The notes: generated by a model from the letters alone, not told the origin. 64,000 bases of DNA from Patescibacteria group bacterium (GCA_043808365.1 JAZDEZ010000008.1:919-64918), one strand, 5' to 3'. Shown: positions 19,296-28,999, counted from the first letter of the stretch. Made by a program: numbers and translations.

Positions 19296-21305
19296 CTACG
19301 GCAATTCCTTCAATTTCTGCTCAGCCAGGGAAAAATTCGATTTGAGCCGTAAGGCGTGCTGGTACTCGGCTCGCGCCTTTTCAATAATGCCGGTAACCTG
19401 GTAATTTTGCCCTAAAAGCAAATGTAAAAATGCCAGCTGGGTGGACAAATTCGGGTTACTGGACGACTCAATTTTCCCATAAGTATGTAATATATTCAAA
19501 ATAGTCTCTTTTGACTTTTCGTAATTTTTTGTTCCAAAATATACCAGCGCCGCGGAATAATAGTAGTCCGGACGGAATGTCGGGTTATATAAAATCGCTT
19601 TTTCATATTCCTGAAGCGCAGCCGGCTCGTTCTTGTCCGCATAATACATCTGTCCCAGATAAAAATATCCCGTATAATACGCTGGATTCTGCCATAACGT
19701 GACCTGGAGTTTTTGTTTCAATTCTTGCTGCTGGTCCGCTGACAACACGCGGTACCCGACGCCTAAAGCACTGACTTCATTGACCAAACTGGCCGGGTCA
19801 GGATCAAACCTCCAGCCCTGCATGTAATAGCGGTGGGACGCCTCGAATTCCCCATCCACTGCCGCTCGCTCTCCATTTTGAAAATTATTCACCCCGAGAA
19901 ATAACGTCACGCCCCTGAGCAACAGGACGGCTGCCAGCAGGGACAAAAAGATTTTTATCCCCGGCATAAACAGCGCTGTACGAGTAGATGGGACAGGCTG
20001 GGATGGATCCCCTGGATTTGATGACGGCTTCACGGCCAACAAGATGCCACCGCTCATCCAGAAAAGAATGAACACGGCGGGAAACTGCCAGCCAAAATCA
20101 AACACGGCATGCACCGCTGAACCGCAGATACCGAGCCATAACCCAAAATAAATATATTTTCTCCCCCGATCTGCCTCGGAGGAAATCTTCTTATAGGTCT
20201 TCAATATCAACAAAATTACAAATGCTAAAAACGCAATGCCGCCAATCACACCGGTTTCAGCGGCAGTCTGGAGGTAATAATTATGCGCATACCGAGGCTG
20301 TTCCAGTACGCTTAGGGCGTATCGTGCGTACACTCCCTGGAATGAATTGTACCCAAAGCCAACTAGCGGTTTGTCCAGGAACATTCTGATCGCCGAATAA
20401 TTAAAATTGAGCCGCTGGTTAAAACTGGATGCTAAATGCTGTTCTGAGATGGTGCTGTAAATCTTCACTGCGTCTGACCAGTTATGGCTCTGGCTGTAAC
20501 GGAAAAGTGTCGCACTGCCGGCTAAAACCAAAACCAACGCCGCCCCTACTAAAACCACTCTTTTGGTAAAAAGCGACTTCCAGAAAAAAAACAGCATTAT
20601 GATGGCCGGCAGGATAAAACTTGCCCAACTGGTATATGAATATGTCAAAATATACGCCGCAATAATAATCAATGTGCAGATATAATAAAGGCACCGTATT
20701 TTCTGCTGGGAATACCGGATTGAAATCATGACGCCCAGTGGCAATGAAAATAACAAATAACTACCCAGGGCATTGGCATTGAACAAGAACCCGGATCCGC
20801 GATTATCCGACTGAATGGCGAACATCATCAGGGATATCAGGGCGGCAATGGCTCCCACGAAAAAAATTATATGGCTGATGGCATTGATCCATCTCCATTC
20901 CCGAAAGAAAAACATCGCTCCGAAAAAAACTACTACATAGCAAGCCAAGAGGAAAATCAGGCTGGCGCTGTCATAGTGGTTTACTGAAAAAAATACCGAA
21001 ACAGCCACCGCGAGTAAAAAAATCACCAGATACAATACAGGCGATTTGAATATCTCCGACCTTGACCCGGCAGATTGCGAAGTCTGCTGGCCGATCAAAA
21101 CAATCAAATAAAATGCTACGAGGGATGTGGAAACTAAAATTGCGGCTTGCAGCCATTTGCTCCATTCCCCGCCAAAAAACGACGGAATTACAATCAAAAA
21201 AATAAACAGGCCTAAAATTACTTTTTGCCTGAACCCAGCCATGTCTTGGGAAATGCGGTCAAGAATCATGGAATAAGTATACCAAAAAAGATAGCAGTCC
21301 ATCAA
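19296..21305 (-). CDS. O-antigen-ligase (Wzy_C)-like polytopic membrane protein with C-terminal TPR repeats
   Basis: 669 aa. At least 10 predicted TM helices with a large loop, then TPR-like YYxGxxYY / A..YEKAI repeats. The exact start is uncertain. Confidence 0.7.
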   Translation of the reverse strand: MMDCYLFWYTYSMILDRISQDMAGFRQKVILGLFIFLIVIPSFFGGEWSKWLQAAILVSTSLVAFYLIVLIGQQTSQSAGSRSEIFKSPVLYLVIFLLAVAVSVFFSVNHYDSASLIFLLACYVVVFFGAMFFFREWRWINAISHIIFFVGAIAALISLMMFAIQSDNRGSGFLFNANALGSYLLFSLPLGVMISIRYSQQKIRCLYYICTLIIIAAYILTYSYTSWASFILPAIIMLFFFWKSLFTKRVVLVGAALVLVLAGSATLFRYSQSHNWSDAVKIYSTISEQHLASSFNQRLNFNYSAIRMFLDKPLVGFGYNSFQGVYARYALSVLEQPRYAHNYYLQTAAETGVIGGIAFLAFVILLILKTYKKISSEADRGRKYIYFGLWLGICGSAVHAVFDFGWQFPAVFILFWMSGGILLAVKPSSNPGDPSQPVPSTRTALFMPGIKIFLSLLAAVLLLRGVTLFLGVNNFQNGERAAVDGEFEASHRYYMQGWRFDPDPASLVNEVSALGVGYRVLSADQQQELKQKLQVTLWQNPAYYTGYFYLGQMYYADKNEPAALQEYEKAILYNPTFRPDYYYSAALVYFGTKNYEKSKETILNILHTYGKIESSSNPNLSTQLAFLHLLLGQNYQVTGIIEKARAEYQHALRLKSNFSLAEQKLKELP

Positions 21306-21320
21306 TTGGCCACCTCATCG

Positions 21321-21457
21321 GACGCCTCAACTTGTTTAGGAAAAGTTGAAAAAAAATCTATCACCTCGATTCAATCTTGCTCAGCGAAGCTATCATCCCG
21401 AACTAGTTCAGGCATCCACTTTCCGCCCTAACGGATGCCTCAACTAGTTGAGGGGGT
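21321..21457. repeat. REP-like palindromes downstream of the RAYT gene
   Basis: GGACGCCTCAACTTGTTTAGG (21321-21341), CCCGAACTAGTTCAGGCATCC (21398-21418) and GGATGCCTCAACTAGTTGAGGGGG (21434-21457). Confidence 0.7.
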
Positions 21458-21460
21458 ATT

Positions 21461-21988
21461 CTATACATCTTGCTCCGTAAAATCAATAATCGGATATAAA
21501 CCAAAACACGACTCCATCCATTCCGTTCCATTCTTTTTTATCCACCCACCGTAACTCGAGTAAAAATAATCTTGCATATTTCTCGCGTATTTGTGCTTAA
21601 CGGGGTTATGATGGATATAATTGAAGTGCTTCCAGTAATCAGCGTCGTCGCGAATGCAATGGTCCCAATAGTTAGTCCAAATCTTCCTGCCGGGCTGTCG
21701 GGCTAATCTATTTAACTCTATCGCGCTTTTCCCATGTAGCGATTTGATAAATGTAACCAAATCCTGCTTCTTTTGAACGTGTATTAACAGGTGATAATGA
21801 TTGCTCAAAATTACCCAGGCGAATATCATTATGTCATACCGCTTAGCCGTAATTAATAGCACTTCTTTTAGCAATGATTTCTTGGTCTCGGTATCAAAAT
21901 ATGGCGCCCTGTCTCTCGTTCTCGCCGCGATAAAATAAATTGTATTATCCAAATAAATATGCGGCGGGTGAAATGGTTTGAACTTCAT
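21461..21988 (-). CDS. REP-associated tyrosine transposase (RAYT, IS200/Y1 family)
   Basis: SNHYHLLIHV (HUH motif) and YIHHNPVKHKYA (catalytic Tyr region). The real start is probably ATG 21988 (MKFKPFHPPHIY); the track start at 22045 lies in the REP region. Confidence 0.8.
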   Translation of the reverse strand: MKFKPFHPPHIYLDNTIYFIAARTRDRAPYFDTETKKSLLKEVLLITAKRYDIMIFAWVILSNHYHLLIHVQKKQDLVTFIKSLHGKSAIELNRLARQPGRKIWTNYWDHCIRDDADYWKHFNYIHHNPVKHKYARNMQDYFYSSYGGWIKKNGTEWMESCFGLYPIIDFTEQDV

Positions 21989-22002
21989 ATGTCTCGTTAT
22001 TA

Positions 22003-22081
22003 CCCCGAACAAGTTCGGGCATCCTGATTCGCATAAACACCTCAATTTGTCCCTCTTTTGGACGCCTCAACTTGTTGAGGG
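22003..22081. repeat. REP-like palindromes upstream of the RAYT gene
   Basis: CCCCGAACAAGTTCGGGCATCC (22003-22024) and GGACGCCTCAACTTGTTGAGGG (22060-22081). These are the same two palindrome types as on the other side. Confidence 0.7.
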
Positions 22082-22096
22082 AATCTTAAATACCCC

Positions 22097-23071
22097 CTAT
22101 CTAATCACAAACTTCTCCATCCACCCCTTTATCTCCTTATTGCCAACTTTTCTCTTCCGCCGAATCTGCCTCCTCTGCCTCAATAACCTCGGCCACGAAA
22201 CCACCAGCGAACCGATAATCTTTGTATAGATCAATATATTTTCCCCAATGGTCATGCGATAATCCGCATCAACCGACTCCCGGCCTTTCATTGATTTCAG
22301 CCATAAACTGGCCGGATAATCCTTAATTGCCGTAAAGAGCCTGTTCCGGCCAGAATGGTATCGGCGGAAAATATACGAGAGTTTCTTGGTAGTGGAGGCG
22401 ACTTTATGGTAAACCACGGCCTGTGGTGCGTACATGATTTTCCAGCCTCGCAGTCGGGCCCGAATTGATAAATCAGAATCCTCAATATAAGCAAAAAAAT
22501 GGCTGTCAAAATAATCCCCACTCAGTTCACAATCCTCCAGCATCTCCCGCCGGTACAAAGCTGCACCAGCCCGTGCTGAAAAACATTCTTCAATTCGATC
22601 ATATTGTCCTTTGTCAATATCTCCATATCCTCGAGTTATCACTTTCAAAGTGCCAGGCAGTAAATAATCGCCGGTGGAATCCAATTTGTCCCTCTCAAAA
22701 AAAAATTTTATTTTACTGGCTACGGCGCCAGTCCGATCATCCTGCTGAGCAACTCTAATTAATTGTTCCAGCCAGTCAGCCTGAACTTCTGTGTCATTAT
22801 TCAATGTGACAATATATTTTATTGAAGAATTTTTCAGCGCCTCTCGTATCCCGACATTATTCCCCTCAGCAAAGCCTGTATTTCTTTTCAAGGGAATAAT
22901 CTGAACATCAGGAAAATTTTTCTCGACAAAACTAACGGAATCGTCAACTGAACCGTTATCAACCATAATGACTTCAAAATCCTTATACGTCTGCGCGAAA
23001 ACAGAACGGAGGCACGCATCCAGATGCTCACGACCGTTCCAGTTGACGATGATGATGGAAATAGTTGGCAT
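22097..23071 (-). CDS. Family 2 glycosyltransferase
   Basis: 324 aa. SIIIVNWNG ... VDNGSVDDS ... typical GT2 (rhamnosyltransferase-like) N-terminal Rossmann region with DxD. Confidence 0.85.
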   Translation of the reverse strand: MPTISIIIVNWNGREHLDACLRSVFAQTYKDFEVIMVDNGSVDDSVSFVEKNFPDVQIIPLKRNTGFAEGNNVGIREALKNSSIKYIVTLNNDTEVQADWLEQLIRVAQQDDRTGAVASKIKFFFERDKLDSTGDYLLPGTLKVITRGYGDIDKGQYDRIEECFSARAGAALYRREMLEDCELSGDYFDSHFFAYIEDSDLSIRARLRGWKIMYAPQAVVYHKVASTTKKLSYIFRRYHSGRNRLFTAIKDYPASLWLKSMKGRESVDADYRMTIGENILIYTKIIGSLVVSWPRLLRQRRQIRRKRKVGNKEIKGWMEKFVIR

Positions 23072-23079
23072 AGGAGTCG

Positions 23080-23173
23080 GTAATTAGTAATCTGTAACTT
23101 GTAATAATTGTTACTGATTACAGGTTACCTGCTTAAATCACTAATTACTATTTACGAATTACTAATTACTTAC
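23080..23173. repeat. Heptamer array: 4 GTAANNN units followed by inverted TTAC units (hairpin-forming)
   Basis: GTAA starts at 23080, 23087, 23094 and 23101. TTAC ends at 23114, 23121 and 23128, then at 23148, 23155, 23162 and 23169. Confidence 0.75.
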
Positions 23174-23195
23174 ATTGTACCCGAAACTCCACAAA

Positions 23196-23228
23196 ACAAA
23201 AAGCGCTCCGGTTAAGAAACGCTTTTTG
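23196..23228 (-). terminator. Candidate terminator after the major-pilin gene
   Basis: AAAAAGCG ... CGCTTTTT, a short stem with flanking A-run and T-run. Confidence 0.4.
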
Positions 23229-23273
23229 TTATGATATCTGTAATTTCTGAATACTAATAAACCAAACAAACAC

Positions 23274-23744
23274 TTATGGCGTCACATCACACGCTATTCC
23301 AGTTATTGGCATCGCTGCTACCTTATCATCAGAGCCGCCTAACGAGTCAACCCAGAAAAAAGTATTTGCTGGCGATTCCAAATTGGCCCACAATACATAA
23401 GCGCCATTCGTAATTGCTGGCGTCCCTGAACTTGCGCATGTGATAAAGTGGTATGTTCCGCCGCTTGTCGGATCAGTTGGCAATTTGGAGATATAATCAG
23501 ACACTAATGCAGTCCCAAGAACCGCATAACTATCTGTTGCTGCTGCCGGGTATGCCGCAGAACTATCATCCGCATACAGCACCAACGCCGTCTTCACCTG
23601 GGAAATATCAGATTTGCGGGTCGCATCACGGGCCTTTTCACGGGCGCCGTTCAAAGCGACCAATCCGATCGTTGCCAAAATACCGATGATGGCAATAACC
23701 ACCAATAACTCAATTAAAGTGAAACCCTTTTTATTTATTTTCAT
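23274..23744 (-). CDS. pilA: Type IV pilin (candidate major pilin)
   Basis: MKINKKGFTLIELLVVIAIIGILATIGLVALNGAREKARDATRKSDISQVKTAL. It has its own terminator candidate and sits directly downstream of pilC. Confidence 0.85.
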   Translation of the reverse strand: MKINKKGFTLIELLVVIAIIGILATIGLVALNGAREKARDATRKSDISQVKTALVLYADDSSAAYPAAATDSYAVLGTALVSDYISKLPTDPTSGGTYHFITCASSGTPAITNGAYVLWANLESPANTFFWVDSLGGSDDKVAAMPITGIACDVTP

Positions 23745-23951
23745 TTATTTTCACCCCCTTTCGATGGTCCGCGAACTGCTGACAACTCATGTAAATCATG
23801 GCTTTCACAGATCACGGATCCGAACTGACCCGTGCTTGGTCATGATGGCAAAAGCTGGCAGAAATACAGCGGAAGATTTATTGGCTAATAAAGAGCAAAA
23901 GCCTAATAATACTGTCTTAATAATAGCACATTTTCCGCGACTTGTCAAAAG

Positions 23952-25160
23952 CTAGATGGCATTTGACATGTTATAAATCGGCAAGATGATCGCGGAAACA
24001 AGCAATCCGACCGCCACGCCCATAATGACCATGATAATCGGCTCAATAAGAGTGGTCAGATTTTTCAGTGAGTTTTCCAGCTCGCGGGTGTAAAAATCGG
24101 CTACTTTCGACAGGATCTTGTCCAGTTGCCCTGACTGCTCGCCCACGCTCATCATTTGCGACAGTATCAGCGGGATATCCTTGCTTTTCACGAAAACGCT
24201 GGTAATGGACGCGCCGGCCTCCACCTGTTTTATGGTGTCCTGGATCAATTGGTAATAGATTTTGTTGCCGACGACGTCGGATACGATATCGAGCGACTGG
24301 GTCAAGGTCACGCCGGAAGCCAGGAGCGTAGATAATGACCGTGAAAAGCGGGAGATGTAAGTCCGGCTGAAAATCGGTCCGACCAAAGGCAATCGCAGTT
24401 TCAGCAAATCAATCTGACGGCTACCGCCTTCTGTCTTGGAAATGACGCGGTACCCCACCGCCAGCCCGATGGCGAGCAGCAGCAGCAGCCACCAGAATTT
24501 AACCATAAAATTACTGGCTCCCATGAATATCCTGGTGGTGATCGGGAGCTGGACGTCCGCCCCGACGAATATCGACATGATTTGGGGCAGGACGAATATC
24601 ATCATCATCACGGCGACGACCACCAGGGCGGAAAGAATAAAAGCGGGATAGATGAGCGCGCCGCGCGCCTTGGCCACCATGTCATATTCCTTCTCGGACT
24701 GGTCGGCCAAATATTCCAATATCTCGTCCAGCCGCCCGGTCGTTTCCGCCGACCTGACCATCTGGATGAAAAAATTCGAAAATACCTTCGGATACCGCCC
24801 GAGGGACTGGGACAGCTTGGCGCCGCCGTCCACTTCATCGGCCACGTCAGAAATGATGGATTTAAACCTGTTATTCTCCGTCTGCCTGATCAGGACTTTC
24901 AGGGCCCGGACGATCGGCACGTTTGAAGAGATCATGACGGACAATTGGCGGGCGAAAATCACCACCTCCTTGGTCTTGACCGGCTTCCCGAACGACATGC
25001 CGCCGCCGAATAATTTCAGGTGTTTCTGCTCTTTCAGGTCGACAATAAAAAGATTCTTATCGCGCAGAATGCCGTACGCGACATTTTCCGAGGGAGCGAC
25101 GACGACGCCGCTGACTAAATCCCCGGCCTGGCTCCGTGCTTTGTAGGAAAAATCCGCCAT
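23952..25160 (-). CDS. pilC: Type IV pilus platform protein PilC (GspF family)
   Basis: 402 aa. Two T2SSF repeats and 3 TM segments. Confidence 0.9.
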   Translation of the reverse strand: MADFSYKARSQAGDLVSGVVVAPSENVAYGILRDKNLFIVDLKEQKHLKLFGGGMSFGKPVKTKEVVIFARQLSVMISSNVPIVRALKVLIRQTENNRFKSIISDVADEVDGGAKLSQSLGRYPKVFSNFFIQMVRSAETTGRLDEILEYLADQSEKEYDMVAKARGALIYPAFILSALVVVAVMMMIFVLPQIMSIFVGADVQLPITTRIFMGASNFMVKFWWLLLLLAIGLAVGYRVISKTEGGSRQIDLLKLRLPLVGPIFSRTYISRFSRSLSTLLASGVTLTQSLDIVSDVVGNKIYYQLIQDTIKQVEAGASITSVFVKSKDIPLILSQMMSVGEQSGQLDKILSKVADFYTRELENSLKNLTTLIEPIIMVIMGVAVGLLVSAIILPIYNMSNAI

Positions 25161-25327
25161 GTGTGCTTTTGTTTAGGTAACCGCTAATCCTATTCTCACG
25201 AATTCCACTAATCCCTGATTTCCATTGCTGTTAATATGGTCGCGCACCCACAGAGAGGTGCGCTCGGGAGGATGTAACTAACCTACTAGTAGCTAACCGA
25301 CTAATTACTAACCTACTATCTTACTAT

Positions 25328-25714
25328 TCACTTAACCAGCTTCTTTATCTTATCCACCACTTCGGAGGGCATGAAATGCGCCTTGATCAGATAATCAGAC
25401 GCGCCCAAGTCTAGGCCTTTTTGCACGTCATCGCGCTGGCCCAGATTGGTCAATAAAATGACGGGGATGCTCTTTGTTGACGGGCCTTCCTTAAGGCTCT
25501 TCAGCACGTCAAACCCGCTCATTTTCGGCAAAATAATGTCCAGTAAGATAATAGCGGGCAATTCAGCCTGGGCCATCTTCAGGCCTTTTTCCCCGTCGGG
25601 AGCCAGATGCACCTCAAAATTTTCGAGGTTGAGCTTGGCCACGTACATGCCGGCCAGAAAAGCGTCATCCTCGATCAAAACGATTTTCACTTTTGAACTT
25701 TTTGCGTTCGCCAT
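25328..25714 (-). CDS. Stand-alone response-regulator receiver domain (PilH/CheY-like)
   Basis: 128 aa receiver domain between pilB and pilC. Clear paralog of 5243-5650. Confidence 0.85.
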   Translation of the reverse strand: MANAKSSKVKIVLIEDDAFLAGMYVAKLNLENFEVHLAPDGEKGLKMAQAELPAIILLDIILPKMSGFDVLKSLKEGPSTKSIPVILLTNLGQRDDVQKGLDLGASDYLIKAHFMPSEVVDKIKKLVK

Positions 25715-25741
25715 ATGATTATTTCATAAAATAATTAATAT

Positions 25742-27493
25742 TTACGTTTGCGTGGCGCGCAGCACTTCCGTCAGCGACGTCTTCCCTTCCAGCGCCTTCA
25801 AGATGCCGTCCTGCGCCATGGTCAGGAGATTCTGACGTTTGGCGGTTTCCTTGATGGCATCGATGGTCGGATTCGTGACAATGACGTTTTTCAGCTCCTC
25901 GTCAATTTCAATGATTTCATTGATCAAGATGCGCCCCTTATACCCGGTATTCTCGCACCGGATACAGCCCTTGCCCTCATGGAACTGGAGCCGCGTGGCA
26001 TTGTCGCCGACCCGCTCCTTGAGCATGGCCGGGAGAACCGTCGAAAGCTGTCTTTCTACTTTTATTCTCAGTTCAGCCGGAAGGTCGGTGGCCTGCTGGC
26101 AGTATGGGCACAGCCGCCGGACCAGGCGCTGGGCCACGACAGTGGTCAGGGCGGCCGTAATGAGGAACGGCTCGATTTTCATGTCAATCATCCTGGGGAT
26201 GGCGCCGAACGCGTCATTCGTATGCAGCGTGGTCAGCACTAAGTGGCCAGTCAGGGCGGCATGGACGGCCAATTCGGCGGTTTCATTGTCCCGGATTTCT
26301 CCGACCATGATGATATCAGGGTCTTGGCGCAAAATGGAACGCAAACCGGCCGCGAACGTCAGCCCGACTTCCGGATTTATCTGCGACTGGTTGACGCCGT
26401 TTATGTAATATTCCACCGGATCCTCCAGAGTGATGATATTGATCGTATCGTCATTCAATATGGTCAGGAGCGCGGAAAGCGTGGTGGATTTTCCCGAGCC
26501 GGTCGGCCCAGTGAGCATGATCATGCCGACGTTCTTTTCCACGGATCTTTTCATCACTTCCAGGTCGCGCCCCTCAAACCCCAATTTCTCCAGGTCCAGG
26601 ACGACCGCCGCCCGGTCCAAAATACGCATCACCACTTTTTCATTGGAAAAAAGCGGCAGCGTGGACACGCGGTAATCTATCACCCGCCCGCCCCACTCGG
26701 TCCGGAACCGTCCGTCCTGGGGAATCCGCGTCTCATCGAGCTTTAAATTCGACAATACTTTGATACGGGCAATGATGGACGCGTGCACATATTTCGGCAG
26801 GACTAATGACGTGTGCAATACCCCGTCAACGCGGTACCGGACGCGTGTTTCATTCTCTACCGGCTCGATATGGATATCAGACGCCTTGCCCTCCACCGCA
26901 TGGCGCAAAATCACCGACACCATTTTTGATACTGGGGCGGACTTTACCACCTCTTCCATCCCTTTTTCCTGGCCAAGCATGGCCTCCAGAGAATCTTCTG
27001 CCCGCTCTTCTGTCCCAGCGAGCGCCTCCTCCACCTCTGAGCCGAGCGTGGCAAATTGCTTGGCGGCGTACTGGTATCCGCTCAAGGAAATAATATGGTA
27101 TTTTATCTTGTAGCTCTTCTCCCGGGCGATGTATTCGATGGCTTCGATGGCCCGGAAATCCCCGGGGTCCACCATGCCCACGTTCACGTCATTATTGAGC
27201 TGGCCGAAAGCGATGGCATGGTAGTTTTCCGACAGCGCGCGCGGCACTATCTTCAGAACTGACTGCTGGATGGTCTTGCCGAACAGGTCGGCATACGGGA
27301 CGCCCAGAACCTTGCTTTTCGCCTTTACCAGGTCTTCTTCAGCCACATACCCCCGTTTCATTATTTGATCGAGAAGCTCAGCCTCTGAATGGGTCTGGGA
27401 CTGCAAATCAGCCAGCTTGTCGGCTGGTATCAAGCCTTGTTCGATAATGACGTCGATGACTGTTTTTCTTTGTAGCGTGTTCGTATCGTTCAT
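25742..27493 (-). CDS. pilB: Type IV pilus assembly ATPase PilB (GspE family)
   Basis: 583 aa. T2SSE N-terminal domain, Walker A GPTGSGKST, Asp/His boxes and a tetracysteine CPYC...CIRC. Confidence 0.93.
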   Translation of the reverse strand: MNDTNTLQRKTVIDVIIEQGLIPADKLADLQSQTHSEAELLDQIMKRGYVAEEDLVKAKSKVLGVPYADLFGKTIQQSVLKIVPRALSENYHAIAFGQLNNDVNVGMVDPGDFRAIEAIEYIAREKSYKIKYHIISLSGYQYAAKQFATLGSEVEEALAGTEERAEDSLEAMLGQEKGMEEVVKSAPVSKMVSVILRHAVEGKASDIHIEPVENETRVRYRVDGVLHTSLVLPKYVHASIIARIKVLSNLKLDETRIPQDGRFRTEWGGRVIDYRVSTLPLFSNEKVVMRILDRAAVVLDLEKLGFEGRDLEVMKRSVEKNVGMIMLTGPTGSGKSTTLSALLTILNDDTINIITLEDPVEYYINGVNQSQINPEVGLTFAAGLRSILRQDPDIIMVGEIRDNETAELAVHAALTGHLVLTTLHTNDAFGAIPRMIDMKIEPFLITAALTTVVAQRLVRRLCPYCQQATDLPAELRIKVERQLSTVLPAMLKERVGDNATRLQFHEGKGCIRCENTGYKGRILINEIIEIDEELKNVIVTNPTIDAIKETAKRQNLLTMAQDGILKALEGKTSLTEVLRATQT

Positions 27494-27498
27494 AAAAT

Positions 27499-28401
27499 TT
27501 AGCTTGAGGGCTCAAATGGGTTCGCGCGATATGGGGCGGCCAGCACGTTTGTCGACGATTCATTGCCAGCAGTGTCCAAACTTGTGACCGTGTAATAATA
27601 CGGGGTATTTGGCGTTACCGCGTCGAGCGCAAATTGGCCGTTCCCGGCGTCAGGCTGAACATCCGCCCAGATCAGGGCGCCCAGGATGCCGCGCTGGGAT
27701 GATTTATAGATGCGCACCGCGCTGAAATCAGGGTCAGGCGGGACGACCCAGGAGATTTTCACCTGGTTGTCAGTCAAGTTCTTGACCGTGACATTCATGG
27801 GAGCGCTGGGCGGGAACACATCCGACGGCGTCCCGGAATACTGCTGGTTGTTGGCTGAAGTGCTGTCAGTTGAGTTCACGGTTATGACGAGGTAGTAATA
27901 CGTTTTTTGATTTATCAGCCCCTGATCCACGTAATTCATCAGGATATCAGTCGGCTTGACGTCAGCGCTGTAGATCTCTTCGCCGACCGTCCCCGCGGAT
28001 TCCGCCCGGTACAATTTTACCTTTGTAAAATTTGGCTGGGCCGGAAGCTGCCAGCTCACCAGCAACTTGCCTCCCGTCTTGGGATTGGCGACAGTGACCC
28101 GCTCCGGCGCCAACGGCACCGCCGGGTCAAGATAGATTCCGGATTGCTGGTCCGCGAATTCATCGACGCTTTTCTCGGTAAACGACCGGCCCTGGGCGTC
28201 GCGCAGCAAACTTTCATTCAAAGGCGTGACAATGACCGGCTGCTCGCTGGCCGTTTGTCCGGTATCGACAACCGGCGCCGGATCGGGCGGCGGCGCCAGA
28301 TACGAGCTATACACGAAATATCCGGCCGGCAGCATCAATGCGCAAAAAATTATGAGCAGGATTTTTGATCTTTTTGACAAGCCGGATTTTTGGACTAGCA
28401 T
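27499..28401 (-). CDS. Membrane-anchored protein with two fibronectin-type-III-like domains
   Basis: 300 aa. N-terminal TM, then two copies of the pattern P..V.V....G.L.VSW..P..P.F..V.(L/I)YR... YYY.V. Confidence 0.65.
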   Translation of the reverse strand: MLVQKSGLSKRSKILLIIFCALMLPAGYFVYSSYLAPPPDPAPVVDTGQTASEQPVIVTPLNESLLRDAQGRSFTEKSVDEFADQQSGIYLDPAVPLAPERVTVANPKTGGKLLVSWQLPAQPNFTKVKLYRAESAGTVGEEIYSADVKPTDILMNYVDQGLINQKTYYYLVITVNSTDSTSANNQQYSGTPSDVFPPSAPMNVTVKNLTDNQVKISWVVPPDPDFSAVRIYKSSQRGILGALIWADVQPDAGNGQFALDAVTPNTPYYYTVTSLDTAGNESSTNVLAAPYRANPFEPSS

Positions 28402-28411
28402 AGGCCGGGTG

Positions 28412-28993
28412 TTATTGGTAGTAAGTGGTGAGGTTGAGCGTATACGATCCGTTGCCGGGCAGATAGGACAGGGCGTTTAATTCGAAGAATGGGACATTAG
28501 CGCTCAACTGGTCGAGAAAATTCTTCAACCCCGCGTAGGTATCCAAATCCTTGAAGCTTACGGTAATGTTCAATTTCTGGATGACGGGCGCCGCGGACGC
28601 GGTTGCCGCGGGCGTGTTGGTAAACGGGGTCGTGTCGATTGACTGAAGCGCCAGGCTGTTGTCGGCAATGAGCTGCTTGAGCTTGAGAATGACATAGGGG
28701 AGATCGGCTTGATGGGGCAGGATGGACTGCATTGATCTCAGCTGGTCGTAGTTTATGCTCTCGTATTGAGCCTTCAGCGTCTTCAATTTGCCGATGGTCC
28801 GCTGCTGCTGATCGATGGTTGACTGCTTGTTCTCAATGTCCGCGACTCCGACTACCCTGATTCTATCCACGGTTGATTTCACGAAAAACCAATACCCGCC
28901 AGCCAGTATCAATAAGACCGCGACGATGACCATCGCGACATAATACCGATTGACGGCGGACCTGATGCTTTTTATGACCGGCATGTTTTCCAT
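28412..28993 (-). CDS. pilO: PilO-like pilus alignment protein
   Basis: 193 aa. N-terminal TM plus coiled coil plus a ferredoxin-like C-terminal part. The position after pilN is canonical. Confidence 0.6.
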   Translation of the reverse strand: MENMPVIKSIRSAVNRYYVAMVIVAVLLILAGGYWFFVKSTVDRIRVVGVADIENKQSTIDQQQRTIGKLKTLKAQYESINYDQLRSMQSILPHQADLPYVILKLKQLIADNSLALQSIDTTPFTNTPAATASAAPVIQKLNITVSFKDLDTYAGLKNFLDQLSANVPFFELNALSYLPGNGSYTLNLTTYYQ

Positions 28994-28999
28994 AGGGTA

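Noticed and set aside
25161-25327. A strict heptamer array between the response regulator and pilC
   Set aside because: The spacer is related low-complexity sequence: (C/T)TAC and TAAC cores, a 12-nt direct repeat ACTAACCTACTA, and a GCGCACC/GGTGCGC hairpin. The spacing is 8-11 nt rather than a clean 7-nt register, so it is mentioned only as a loose variant.
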